Positions 1 to 8,657 of a DNA stretch of 28,639 nt are shown here, in pieces (the stretch's first letter is position 1; each line of letters opens with the position of its first letter). The notes below the pieces were generated by a model. The model had not been told where the DNA came from, ran no database searches, and saw only the letters and a list, made by a program, of their open reading frames with translations. The stretch is from NCBI GenBank assembly GCA_012511695.1, contig JAAZFO010000065.1, positions 1 to 28,639 of the forward strand. The letters are read 5' to 3'. Made by a program: the position numbers and the translations under genes. Source of the DNA: Erysipelotrichia bacterium (GTDB taxonomy: Bacteria > Bacillota_I > Bacilli_A > RFN20 > CAG-826).

Positions 1-271
1 AACGAGAGCAAATTTTCAATAATTTCTCGATGTGTTTATATTTTCTAATTATTTTTATTTAACAATTAATAAAATAGTGTCCACCCCTACCCTCATAGTT
101 CCCTTCATTAATTTGGCTACAACATTATCAATTTTAACTATAAAAAACAATTTTGGCTGAGTAGTCTCATTTGGCAGTCTCGGTAATTATATTAAAATAT
201 CAAACGAATAAATCTCAAAAAGACAAACTGATGGAGTGTTTGTGTTAGCAGAGCTTTTTACATGGTTAATC

Positions 272-297
272 TATAAAAATAGCGAACGATTTTTATA
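272..297. other. AT-rich inverted repeat downstream of cysS (possible weak terminator or protein site)
   Basis: TATAAAAAT (272-280) / AGCGAACG / ATTTTTATA (289-297), about 30 nt past the cysS stop. The stem is all A-T. Confidence 0.35.
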
Positions 298-325
298 CTG
301 AACGCCATAATTTTATGATGAGAGT

Positions 326-1666
326 TTACATAACTCCCTTTTCGTTCAAAACTTTTCTTATCTCATCTGACAATGCGAACTCTTTATCAGCTCTATGTTT
401 TAAATATTTACCATACAAATGCACAATTTCATCATCAAAAGGTACATAAGTGATTTCCAACCCTAAAACATAAAACATGTCGGTCAGTGTTTTGAATAAG
501 TTATTCAATAAGTTAAAGTCACTTTCTTGAGCGCGAATTTGTGAATTGAGTTCTTTTAGGACACTAAAGACTTCTGCTAATGCGTTCGCGGTATTTAAAT
601 CATCCGCCAAAGCTTCTAAAAATTTATTAATAAAAAGTGGCTTACCTTCGCTTAAACGTATTTTGTTTGCCTGTAACTTCAATGCGGCTTGTTTATAGGC
701 ACTTTGTAAACGCTGAATAATTTGTGTAGCTTCAGCAATCGTTTCTTCAGTGAAATTAACCCCTTGACGATAATGGGCATTTAAAATGACTAAACGCGTT
801 ACAGGGCCGCCATGCTCGGCAATTATGTCTTTAGCGTAAACGACATTGCCTAATGATTTTGACATCTTTTCATTATCGATATTAATAAAAGCGTTGTGGA
901 GCCAATATTTGGCGATTTTATTGCCATTAGTCGCTTCAGATTGGGCGATTTCGTTTTCATGGTGGGGAAATTTTAAATCATAGCCGCCGCCATGGATATC
1001 AATATAGTTTTGGGGGAAAATATTTTCCACCATGACACAGCATTCTGTATGCCAGCCAGGACGCCCCTTTCCCCAAGGAGAATTCCATCTAATCCCTGAG
1101 TCAGCTTTTTTCCACAAGGCGAAATCTAACGGGCTTTCCTTGTACTTGTTTTCTTCAACACGTGCACCCACTAATAAGTCCTCAACATTAATGCCACTCA
1201 GGACGCCGTAATCTTTTATTTTGTGAACACGGAAATAAACATCGCCACTAACTACATAGGCAGCATCAAGAGCGATTAGATTCTCAACATAAGTGATAAT
1301 TTGATCTATGTACTCAGTTACGCGTGGCGTTATGCTTGCTGGTAAAGCTCCGATGTCTTTAACGGTTTGTTCATAAGCTGCGATATAAAATTCAGCTATT
1401 TCCTCTTCGGTTTTGCCTTCTTGTTTAGCGACTGTAATAATCTTATCGTCGACATCGGTGTAGTTGCTAACGTAAGTCACTTCATAGCCGACATACATTA
1501 AAAAGCGTCTTAAAGTATCAAAAACTACAACTGGGCGCATGTTGCCGATGTGCGCGTAATTATAAACAGTGGGGCCGCAGATATAGATGCTTACTTTATG
1601 TGCTTCTATCGTCTGGAAATCTTCTAAAGAATTAGAAAGTGAATTGTAAAATTTAATATTCAGCAT
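326..1666 (-). CDS. cysS: Cysteine--tRNA ligase
   Basis: CGPTVY, HIGN (HIGH-like), PGWHTEC, FPHHENE and KMSKS class I motifs; 446 aa; TAA stop. Confidence 0.98.
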   Translation of the reverse strand: MLNIKFYNSLSNSLEDFQTIEAHKVSIYICGPTVYNYAHIGNMRPVVVFDTLRRFLMYVGYEVTYVSNYTDVDDKIITVAKQEGKTEEEIAEFYIAAYEQTVKDIGALPASITPRVTEYIDQIITYVENLIALDAAYVVSGDVYFRVHKIKDYGVLSGINVEDLLVGARVEENKYKESPLDFALWKKADSGIRWNSPWGKGRPGWHTECCVMVENIFPQNYIDIHGGGYDLKFPHHENEIAQSEATNGNKIAKYWLHNAFINIDNEKMSKSLGNVVYAKDIIAEHGGPVTRLVILNAHYRQGVNFTEETIAEATQIIQRLQSAYKQAALKLQANKIRLSEGKPLFINKFLEALADDLNTANALAEVFSVLKELNSQIRAQESDFNLLNNLFKTLTDMFYVLGLEITYVPFDDEIVHLYGKYLKHRADKEFALSDEIRKVLNEKGVM

Positions 1667-3504
1667 AAGTATTTATATTGTAGATAAAAAAGAGGCGTTT
1701 TAGTAGTTATTTCCGCCTCTTTTGCTTTTTTAATTAATGATTTCTTCTTTGGATAGCAAGGACGCTCAGTGTTATAAGAAGTGTGGAGTAACTCTTCTGC
1801 TAAAGGGCTACCTGGTTTACCTAAGAAGTTAGTATAAAGACTTTGGATGTCTTTGTTGTTATGTGATTGACGGATGATGATCCGCTCATCTTCGCTATAA
1901 ATGACCGAAGCGCGTTTTTGCATATAGGTGTCAAGAATATCATCGTCTTCATTAGGCAAGAACATCGGTTTGATGAATGGTTGACCTCCACCAGCGATAC
2001 AGCCGCCTGGACAACCCATGATTTCAATAAAGGTATAAGGGGAAGTGCCTGCTCTTATTTCATCAAGTAAGACTTTCGCACTAGTCATTCCAGAAGTGAC
2101 TGCCACTTTAATCTCAGTGCCATTAATATTTAAGGTTGCTTCTCTTGTGCCTTTCATCCCGCGCACTTCTTGAAAATCAACTGGGCCATATTCTTCGCCA
2201 GTGAGCCAGAAGTAAGTCGTTCTTAAAGCTGCTTCCATCACACCACCAGTTACTCCAAAAAGGACACCAGCACCAGTGTATTCACCCAATATGTCATTAT
2301 CAAATTCTTCTTCTGGTAATGCGTGCCAATCAATACCGGCGCGTTTGATAACTTTAGCTAGCTCGCGAGTCGTTAAGACTGCATCAACATCGTTTGGCAT
2401 TTCATCTCTAGCCCGCTCATATTTTTTGGCAGTGCAAGGCATAATTGAAACGACAAAGAGATCTTTAGGGTCTAAGTTATGAACCTTGGCAAAGTGAGAT
2501 TTAATAATCGCACCGACCATCATGTGTGGAGACTTACAAGTGGAAACGTACGGAGCGACGTCCGGATAAAAGTATTCCATGTAATTAACCCAGCCTGGAG
2601 AACAGGAAGTGATTTGTGGAAGCGGGGCTGTTTTTTTAGTAATTCTATCTAGTAGTTCATTAGCTTCTTCCATGATAGTTAAGTCCGCGCCAAAGTTAGT
2701 ATCAAAGACGCGATAAAAACCTAATCTATGCAAAGCAGCGACCATTTTACCAGTGCCAGGAGTACCAACGGGTTCGCCGAATTCTTCAGCGATTGCCGCT
2801 CAGACGGCTGGAGCGGTTTGAACGATCACTTTCTTACCCGCTTTAAAAGCCGCATCAACTTTAGAGATTTCTTCATTCTCATATAAAGCACCAGTTGGGC
2901 AAACATTAACGCATTGACCGCATTGCAAGCATGGGGATTGCGCAAAACTTCTATTTTCCACTGGGGCAACTTTGGTATTAAAACCACGGTTTTCAAAACC
3001 TAAAATAGCGATACCGTGGGCTTTTTTACACGTCTCAATACAACGACCACATAAGATGCACTTCGCGGTATTACGCATTAAGCCAGGCGCTAATTCATCA
3101 ACGGTGTTCGGCGAAGAAGGCCCGATATATTTGAGGTCTCGCGCACCGACAATTTTAGAAACTTCTAATAGTTCACATTTATCTTGTTTTAGACATTGCA
3201 AACAGTTTTTTTGGTGATCGGAAAGTATTAATTCGACAGACGCCCTTCTCGCTTCTACCGCTTTTTGTGAATTGGTAATGATTTCTATTCCTTCATTAAT
3301 CGGATAAACACAAGAAGCGACTAAGCCACGAGCACCGACGACTTCAACTAAACAAACACGACAAGAGGCTTTAGAACATCCGTCATCTTTAAAAGAACAA
3401 AGAGTAGGAATTAAATAGCCACATTTTTTCGCAGCTTGTAAGACAGTGAGGCCAGCTTCTACTTGGTAAGACTGACCATTGATTTTAATATTAACTAATG
3501 CCAT
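1660..3504 (-). pseudogene. hydA: [FeFe]-hydrogenase catalytic subunit HydA (group A3, M3 architecture), interrupted by an in-frame TGA at 2800-2802
   Basis: ORFs 2800..3504 and 1660..2745 are in the same frame and joined by 18 sense codons (QTAPAV-TGA-AAIAEEFGEPVGTPGTGKMVAAL). N-terminal 2Fe-2S, His-ligated 4Fe-4S and 2x[4Fe-4S] motifs; H-cluster motifs TSCSPGW, MPCTAKKYE and EIMGCPGGCIAGGGQP. SD AGGAG overlaps the hydB TAG. Pseudogene status versus assembly error or readthrough is unresolved. Confidence 0.85.
1686..1723 (-). terminator. Intrinsic terminator lying inside the extended 3' end of the hydA ORF
   Basis: Minus strand AAAAGAGGCG-N16-CGCCTCTTTTTT: perfect 10-bp stem ending in a T6 tract. 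Confidence 0.75.
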
Positions 3505-3518
3505 ATGTATATTTTCTC

Positions 3519-5414
3519 CTATCTCTTGATAATGGCATCAAAGCGGCAAGCTGCTTCACAGCTACCACATTTTATGCACTTATCAACATCAATTTTTAAA
3601 ACAAATTTATTCGGGATTTTTGCTGGTTGGTCAGTCGGATGAATGCAATCGACTGGACAGGCGCGTTGACAAACACCGCAACCGATACAGTTTTCAGGAA
3701 TGATATAGTATTCCATCATATTCTTGCATACATGAGCAGGACATTTATGATCAACGACGTGAGCCCTAAATTCTTCTGGGAAAGCTTTCAACGTACTCAT
3801 AATTGGATTAGCAGCGGTTTGGCCTAAAGCGCAAAGGGAGTTGTTTTTAACAACTTCGGCTAATTCTTCAAGATTTTCTAAATCATTAGGGCTTCCTCTG
3901 CCATCACAAATTTTGGTCAAGATATCTAAAATTCTCTTGGTGCCGATACGGCATGGCGCACATTTACCACATGATTCATCACAAATAAATTCCATGTAAA
4001 ATCTGGCGACGTCGACCATGCAGTTGTCTTCATCCATGACAATCGCTCCACCAGACCCCATCATACTGCCAGCAGCTTCTAAACTACTGAAGTCAATTGG
4101 AGTATCTAAATCTTTTTCGGTTAAACAGCCACCAGATGGACCGCCGGTTTGAATGGCTTTAAATTTCTTGCCATCAGGAATACCACCACCGATATCAAAA
4201 ATTAATTGTCTCAGTGTCGTTCCCATCGGCACTTCAACGAGACCAACATTATTTACTTTACCACCTAAAGCAAAAACCTTAGTTCCTTTGGTATCATCAG
4301 TTCCAATGGCCGCAAAATTTTCCCAACCTTCACGTAAAATTAAAGGCACACTAGCGAGTGTTTCCACATTATTAACAATGGATGGGCATCCCCACAAACC
4401 TTTAACTGCTGGGAATGGGGGGCGAGGATTTGGCATCCCGCGCTTGCCTTCGATGCTGTTGATGAGAGCGGTTTCTTCGCCACAAACGAAAGCTCCAGCA
4501 CCTAATCTAATGTGACAACGGAAAGAGAAGTCTGTTCCTAAAATATTGTCACCTAACAAACCGAGCTCTTCTAATTCTTTGATAGCTTTGGATAGTCTCT
4601 CAACTGCAACTGGATATTCAGCCCGCACATAGAAATAACCATCTTGCGCGCCGATAGCGTAGCCGGCAATCATCATCCCTTCAATGAGGTTAACTGGATT
4701 GCCTTCGATGATCGAGCGATCCATAAAAGCACCTGGGTCGCCTTCATCTCCATTACAAATCATATATTTTGGGCCATCAGTTTTTGGAACAAATGACCAT
4801 TTTTTACCAGTTGGGTATCCAGCGCCACCGCGCCCTCTTAAACCGGATTTAATGACTTCATCAATGACTTCATCTCTCGTCATTTTCAAAGCTCTAGCTA
4901 AACCCTTAAAAGACCCGTAACCGATGGCTTCATCGATATCTTCAGGGTTGATTTCACCATTGCCAACTAGCGCGTAATTTCTATTTTGTAAACGATAAAA
5001 ATTAATATCGTTTTGTTTTTGTACTTGTTCTTTAGTTTGTGGATCTATAAAGAGCAAACGGGTGACGACTTCACCATTTAAGATATCTTTTTCAAAGATT
5101 TCTTTAACATCTGCTGGTGTCACCTTCGTATAAAGTGTATCTTCAGGGAAGATTTTGACAAACGGACCTTGCGAACAAAAACCAAAACAACCAACGATAT
5201 TGGCGGTCACTTTGTCTTCTAAATCGTTATCCTTAATTAATTGGAGAAAATTATCGACTACACCTTGTGAATCGCTCGATAAACAACCAGTTCCACCACA
5301 GACGACAATCGCCCGATGTCCTGGTTCGGCGTTAAATTTTTTGTCCAAACACTTGCTGCAATGATCAATGCGCTCAAATAGTTCTTTTTCGTTACTAATC
5401 TTTTTTAAACTCAT
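3519..5414 (-). CDS. hydB: Electron-bifurcating [FeFe]-hydrogenase NADH/FMN subunit HydB (NuoF-like)
   Basis: N-terminal thioredoxin-like 2Fe-2S domain (CGGTGC..GCFGFC), GLRGRGGAGYPTG, DEGDPGAFMDR, GAGAFVCGEETAL, GGPSGGC, ESCGKCAPCRIG and C-terminal 2x[4Fe-4S]. Confidence 0.95.
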   Translation of the reverse strand: MSLKKISNEKELFERIDHCSKCLDKKFNAEPGHRAIVVCGGTGCLSSDSQGVVDNFLQLIKDNDLEDKVTANIVGCFGFCSQGPFVKIFPEDTLYTKVTPADVKEIFEKDILNGEVVTRLLFIDPQTKEQVQKQNDINFYRLQNRNYALVGNGEINPEDIDEAIGYGSFKGLARALKMTRDEVIDEVIKSGLRGRGGAGYPTGKKWSFVPKTDGPKYMICNGDEGDPGAFMDRSIIEGNPVNLIEGMMIAGYAIGAQDGYFYVRAEYPVAVERLSKAIKELEELGLLGDNILGTDFSFRCHIRLGAGAFVCGEETALINSIEGKRGMPNPRPPFPAVKGLWGCPSIVNNVETLASVPLILREGWENFAAIGTDDTKGTKVFALGGKVNNVGLVEVPMGTTLRQLIFDIGGGIPDGKKFKAIQTGGPSGGCLTEKDLDTPIDFSSLEAAGSMMGSGGAIVMDEDNCMVDVARFYMEFICDESCGKCAPCRIGTKRILDILTKICDGRGSPNDLENLEELAEVVKNNSLCALGQTAANPIMSTLKAFPEEFRAHVVDHKCPAHVCKNMMEYYIIPENCIGCGVCQRACPVDCIHPTDQPAKIPNKFVLKIDVDKCIKCGSCEAACRFDAIIKR

Positions 5415-5416
5415 AT

Positions 5417-5902
5417 TTATTGAATCTCCTTTGCGCGATATGTATCAACGATCTTTTTCACATTATCAACTTTAACTTGCGGGTAAACTTTGCCATTAAT
5501 AGTAACAGCAGGGGCGACAGCACAAGCGCCGATACAGCGCAAGATATCTAAAGTGAATAAACCATCAGCGGTCGTCTCGCCCGGTTTAATGCCGAGGGCT
5601 TCGCTAAACTTATCACAAACTAATTGTCCACCCTTGACATAACAAGCAGTTCCTAAACAAATGCCAACGACATATTTGCCCTTTGGCTCCATTGAAAAGA
5701 ATGAATAAAAAGTCACAACTCCGTAAATTTCACTGAGTGGCACACCAGTTAATTGACTGACTAATTCTTGGGCTTCAAGTGGCACGTAGCCAAATTCTTT
5801 TTGAATGTCTCCAAGGATCATCATGGTGGGGGTCGGTTCGTCCTTAAACCGGTTAACTATTTCAGTAATCATTTTTACAGCTTGTGGTTGTAATTTTGCC
5901 AT
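5417..5902 (-). CDS. hydC: [FeFe]-hydrogenase 2Fe-2S subunit HydC (NuoE-like)
   Basis: VVTFYSFF, CLGTAC and CIGAC motifs; 161 aa; SD AGGAGG; adjacent to hydB. Confidence 0.93.
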   Translation of the reverse strand: MAKLQPQAVKMITEIVNRFKDEPTPTMMILGDIQKEFGYVPLEAQELVSQLTGVPLSEIYGVVTFYSFFSMEPKGKYVVGICLGTACYVKGGQLVCDKFSEALGIKPGETTADGLFTLDILRCIGACAVAPAVTINGKVYPQVKVDNVKKIVDTYRAKEIQ

Positions 5903-5917
5903 ACTAGCCTCCTAAGT

Positions 5918-5933
5918 ATTACTTTTAAGTAAT
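5918..5933. promoter_or_regulatory. Palindromic candidate operator in the hydC leader
   Basis: ATTACTT-TT-AAGTAAT: perfect 7-bp arms, between the -10 box and the SD. Confidence 0.4.
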
Positions 5934-5945
5934 CAAGCGTCTTCT

Positions 5946-5974
5946 ATTATACGAGCGCGCGTGAGAAATAACAA
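5946..5974 (-). promoter_or_regulatory. Sigma-A-type promoter of hydCBA
   Basis: TTGTTA-17 nt-TATAAT on the minus strand. Confidence 0.7.
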
Positions 5975-5984
5975 CATTAATTGA

Positions 5985-6018
5985 ATGAAAGCGGTCAAAT
6001 AGTTTGCGACCCTTTCAT
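5985..6018 (-). terminator. Stem-loop after adhE (terminator-like, lacks a clear U-tract)
   Basis: ATGAAAGGGTC / GACCGCTTTCAT: 11-bp stem with one bulge, starting 8 nt after the adhE stop. Confidence 0.55.
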
Positions 6019-6026
6019 AGTTGAAT

Positions 6027-8645
6027 TTAATTCCCCTTATAACTGTCGATCAGAATCTGTTTCATGTCAGCAATTAAAGGCATTCTTGGGTTAGCCGGAG
6101 AACACTGGTCTTCATAAGCTAAATAAGCAATGTCATCAAGTTTCGCTAGCCAATCACTTTCTTTAATGTTGTAAGCCGAGAAATTTGGATCAACTCCGAC
6201 TTCTCTTAACAAAGCGATGACAGCACTAGCTAATGCTTCCACTCCTTCTTCAGGAGTATCGGCTTTCAAACCTAATAATTGAGCGATCTCTTGATAGCGC
6301 TCATGAGCCACATAATGATTATACTTCGGCCAAACATTTAATTTGGTCGGTATTTGACCGTTATAACGAATGACATGTGGTAAAACAATAGCGCAGGCCA
6401 AACCATGAGTCACGTCGAATTCACCACCAATTTTATGGGCTAAACTATGGGTGATTCCTAAAAACGCATTCGCAAAGGCCATCCCCGCAATCGTTGCCGC
6501 ATTGTGCATTTTTTCTCTAGCCTCTAAATCTTTAGCCCCGTATTTAACCGCTCGCGGTAAGTACTTGAAAACTAATTGAATAGCTTTTAAACACAAACCG
6601 TCAGTAAAATCATTAGCCATAATAGAGACATAGGCTTCAACAGCATGCGCTAAGGTGTCTAAACCAGTCATCGCCGTCGCATCTTTCGGTAAGTTGGTCG
6701 CAAATTCAGGGTCAACAATAGCAATGGTTGGAGTAAGAGAATAGTCAGCAAGTGGATATTTCTTTTTATTAACTTTATCCGAAATAACAGCAAAAGGTGT
6801 AACTTCACTCCCAGTGCCTGACGTTGTGGGGATACAAATTAATTTAGATTTTTTGCCTAACTCTGGATATTTGAAAGCCCTTTTACGGATATCCATAAAC
6901 TTTTGTTTTAAATCATCAAAATTGACTTCCGGATATTCATAAAATAACCACATCCCTTTAGCGCCATCCATCACGGAACCGCCGCCCAAAGCAATAATCG
7001 TATCGGGCTCAAAAACTTTCATCATTTCGGCTCCTTTTTTCACCGACAAAATATCTGGGTCTGGTTCGATACTGCTACATATTTGAATAACTGGCTTTTC
7101 TTTTCTTAAATTGAGCTGTTCTTCGATTTTATGCAAAAAACCGAGCTCAATCATCGTTTTATCAGTGACGATAAAAACTTTATGCATCTCTTTGCAATCT
7201 CTTAAATATTCAATCGAATTTCTTTCAAAATAAATTTTTGAAGGTACTTTGAACCATTGCATATTATTTCTCCTTTTGCCGACTTGTTTAATATTTAAGA
7301 GGTTTACAGCGCTGATATTACCACCGATAGAGTTATGGCCATAGGATCCACACCCCAAAGTCATCGATGGTAAGAATGAGTTATAGACATTGCCGATTCC
7401 CCCGAATGTAGCCGGGCTATTCCAAATTATTCTAATCGCCTTGACGAGTTTGCCAAAATCATCCGCCATAGCTTGATCTTTGCAATGGATAGCGGCACTA
7501 TGGCCGAGGCCGTGGAAAGCAACCATCGCAGCGGCTTTTTGGAAACCATCTTGCACATTTTCACTTCGAAGAAAAGCTAACACTGGTGATAATTTTTCAC
7601 GAGTTAGTGGCTCTTTTGGACCGATGACATCACAAAAAGCACCTAAAATTGAAGTGTCAGCAGGCACTTTAAAACCCGCCTGTTCCGCAATCCAAGCCGC
7701 GGATTGCCCTACTGCTTTAGCATTAAGAACGGCTTTTTCTACCTCTTTATCACCGGTGGCGTAACCAAACATATACCGAGATAGTTTTATTTTTTCTTCC
7801 TCATTAAGAAAATAAACTCGAAATCTCTTAAACGAGGAAATGGTTTCATCCCAAATATCTTGATCGATGATTATCGCTTGTTCCGAAGCACACACCATCC
7901 CGTGATCAAAAGCTTTACTTAAGACAATATCAGTTACCGCTTGTTCAATATCGCAGGATTTATTCATATAAGCAGGGGCATTGCCCGCGCCTACACCTAG
8001 AGCTGGTTTCCCGCAACTGTAAGCGGCTTTAACTAAAGCGTTGCCACCAGTTGCTAAAATTGTTGCCACCCCTGGATGGTTCATTAAAGCGGAAGTCGCT
8101 TTTAAACTTGGGTGTTCGATCCATTGAATACAGTTTTTTGGGGCACCAGCAGCTTCGGCGACTTCTTTCATAATAGCGGCGGCTTCTTTACTGCATTGCT
8201 GTGCCGAAGGATGAAAGGCAAAGATGACAGGGTTACGTGTTTTCAAACAAATCAATGCCTTAAAAAGAACAGTACTAGTGGGATTAGTCACCGGAGTAAT
8301 GCCGCAGATGACACCGACTGGTTCTGCAATTTCAGTAATACCAGTGACACTATTTTCACTAATGACACCGACAGTTTTTAAACGGTGCATATTGTTTTGC
8401 ACATATTCGCAAGCGAATAAATTTTTGACAGCTTTATCTTCAAAAACACCACGTTTAGTTTCTGCAATGGCTGCCTTTGCTAAAGAACCGTGATGGTCTA
8501 AACCTGCGACACAACACTTAGCGACGATATAATCGATTTGTTTTTGATCGAAAGTTTCAAATTCGCTAAGAGATTGTAAGCCGTTGGCGACGAGAGTGTT
8601 GATTTCTTCTAATACTTCTGGGGCAAATTTATTTTGTTCTAGCAT
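6027..8645 (-). CDS. adhE: Bifunctional acetaldehyde-CoA/alcohol dehydrogenase
   Basis: 872 aa. ALDH domain (PVTNPTST, GVGAGN, CASEQ), linker NLLNIKQVGKRR, Fe-ADH domain (GGGSVMD, PTTSGTGSE, GITHSLAHKIG). Confidence 0.98.
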   Translation of the reverse strand: MLEQNKFAPEVLEEINTLVANGLQSLSEFETFDQKQIDYIVAKCCVAGLDHHGSLAKAAIAETKRGVFEDKAVKNLFACEYVQNNMHRLKTVGVISENSVTGITEIAEPVGVICGITPVTNPTSTVLFKALICLKTRNPVIFAFHPSAQQCSKEAAAIMKEVAEAAGAPKNCIQWIEHPSLKATSALMNHPGVATILATGGNALVKAAYSCGKPALGVGAGNAPAYMNKSCDIEQAVTDIVLSKAFDHGMVCASEQAIIIDQDIWDETISSFKRFRVYFLNEEEKIKLSRYMFGYATGDKEVEKAVLNAKAVGQSAAWIAEQAGFKVPADTSILGAFCDVIGPKEPLTREKLSPVLAFLRSENVQDGFQKAAAMVAFHGLGHSAAIHCKDQAMADDFGKLVKAIRIIWNSPATFGGIGNVYNSFLPSMTLGCGSYGHNSIGGNISAVNLLNIKQVGKRRNNMQWFKVPSKIYFERNSIEYLRDCKEMHKVFIVTDKTMIELGFLHKIEEQLNLRKEKPVIQICSSIEPDPDILSVKKGAEMMKVFEPDTIIALGGGSVMDGAKGMWLFYEYPEVNFDDLKQKFMDIRKRAFKYPELGKKSKLICIPTTSGTGSEVTPFAVISDKVNKKKYPLADYSLTPTIAIVDPEFATNLPKDATAMTGLDTLAHAVEAYVSIMANDFTDGLCLKAIQLVFKYLPRAVKYGAKDLEAREKMHNAATIAGMAFANAFLGITHSLAHKIGGEFDVTHGLACAIVLPHVIRYNGQIPTKLNVWPKYNHYVAHERYQEIAQLLGLKADTPEEGVEALASAVIALLREVGVDPNFSAYNIKESDWLAKLDDIAYLAYEDQCSPANPRMPLIADMKQILIDSYKGN

Positions 8646-8657
8646 GTCAATTACCTC

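Noticed and set aside
2790-2802. Selenocysteine recoding of the hydA TGA
   Set aside because: The aligned residue is Arg, not Cys. Only a 4-bp mini-hairpin (AGCG-GCAAT-CGCT) follows, with no convincing bacterial SECIS.
1660-3504. HydA deliberately split into two subunits (Fe-S module plus H-domain)
   Set aside because: The break falls inside the first H-domain segment, 18 conserved codons would be lost, and no SD precedes the ATG at 2745.
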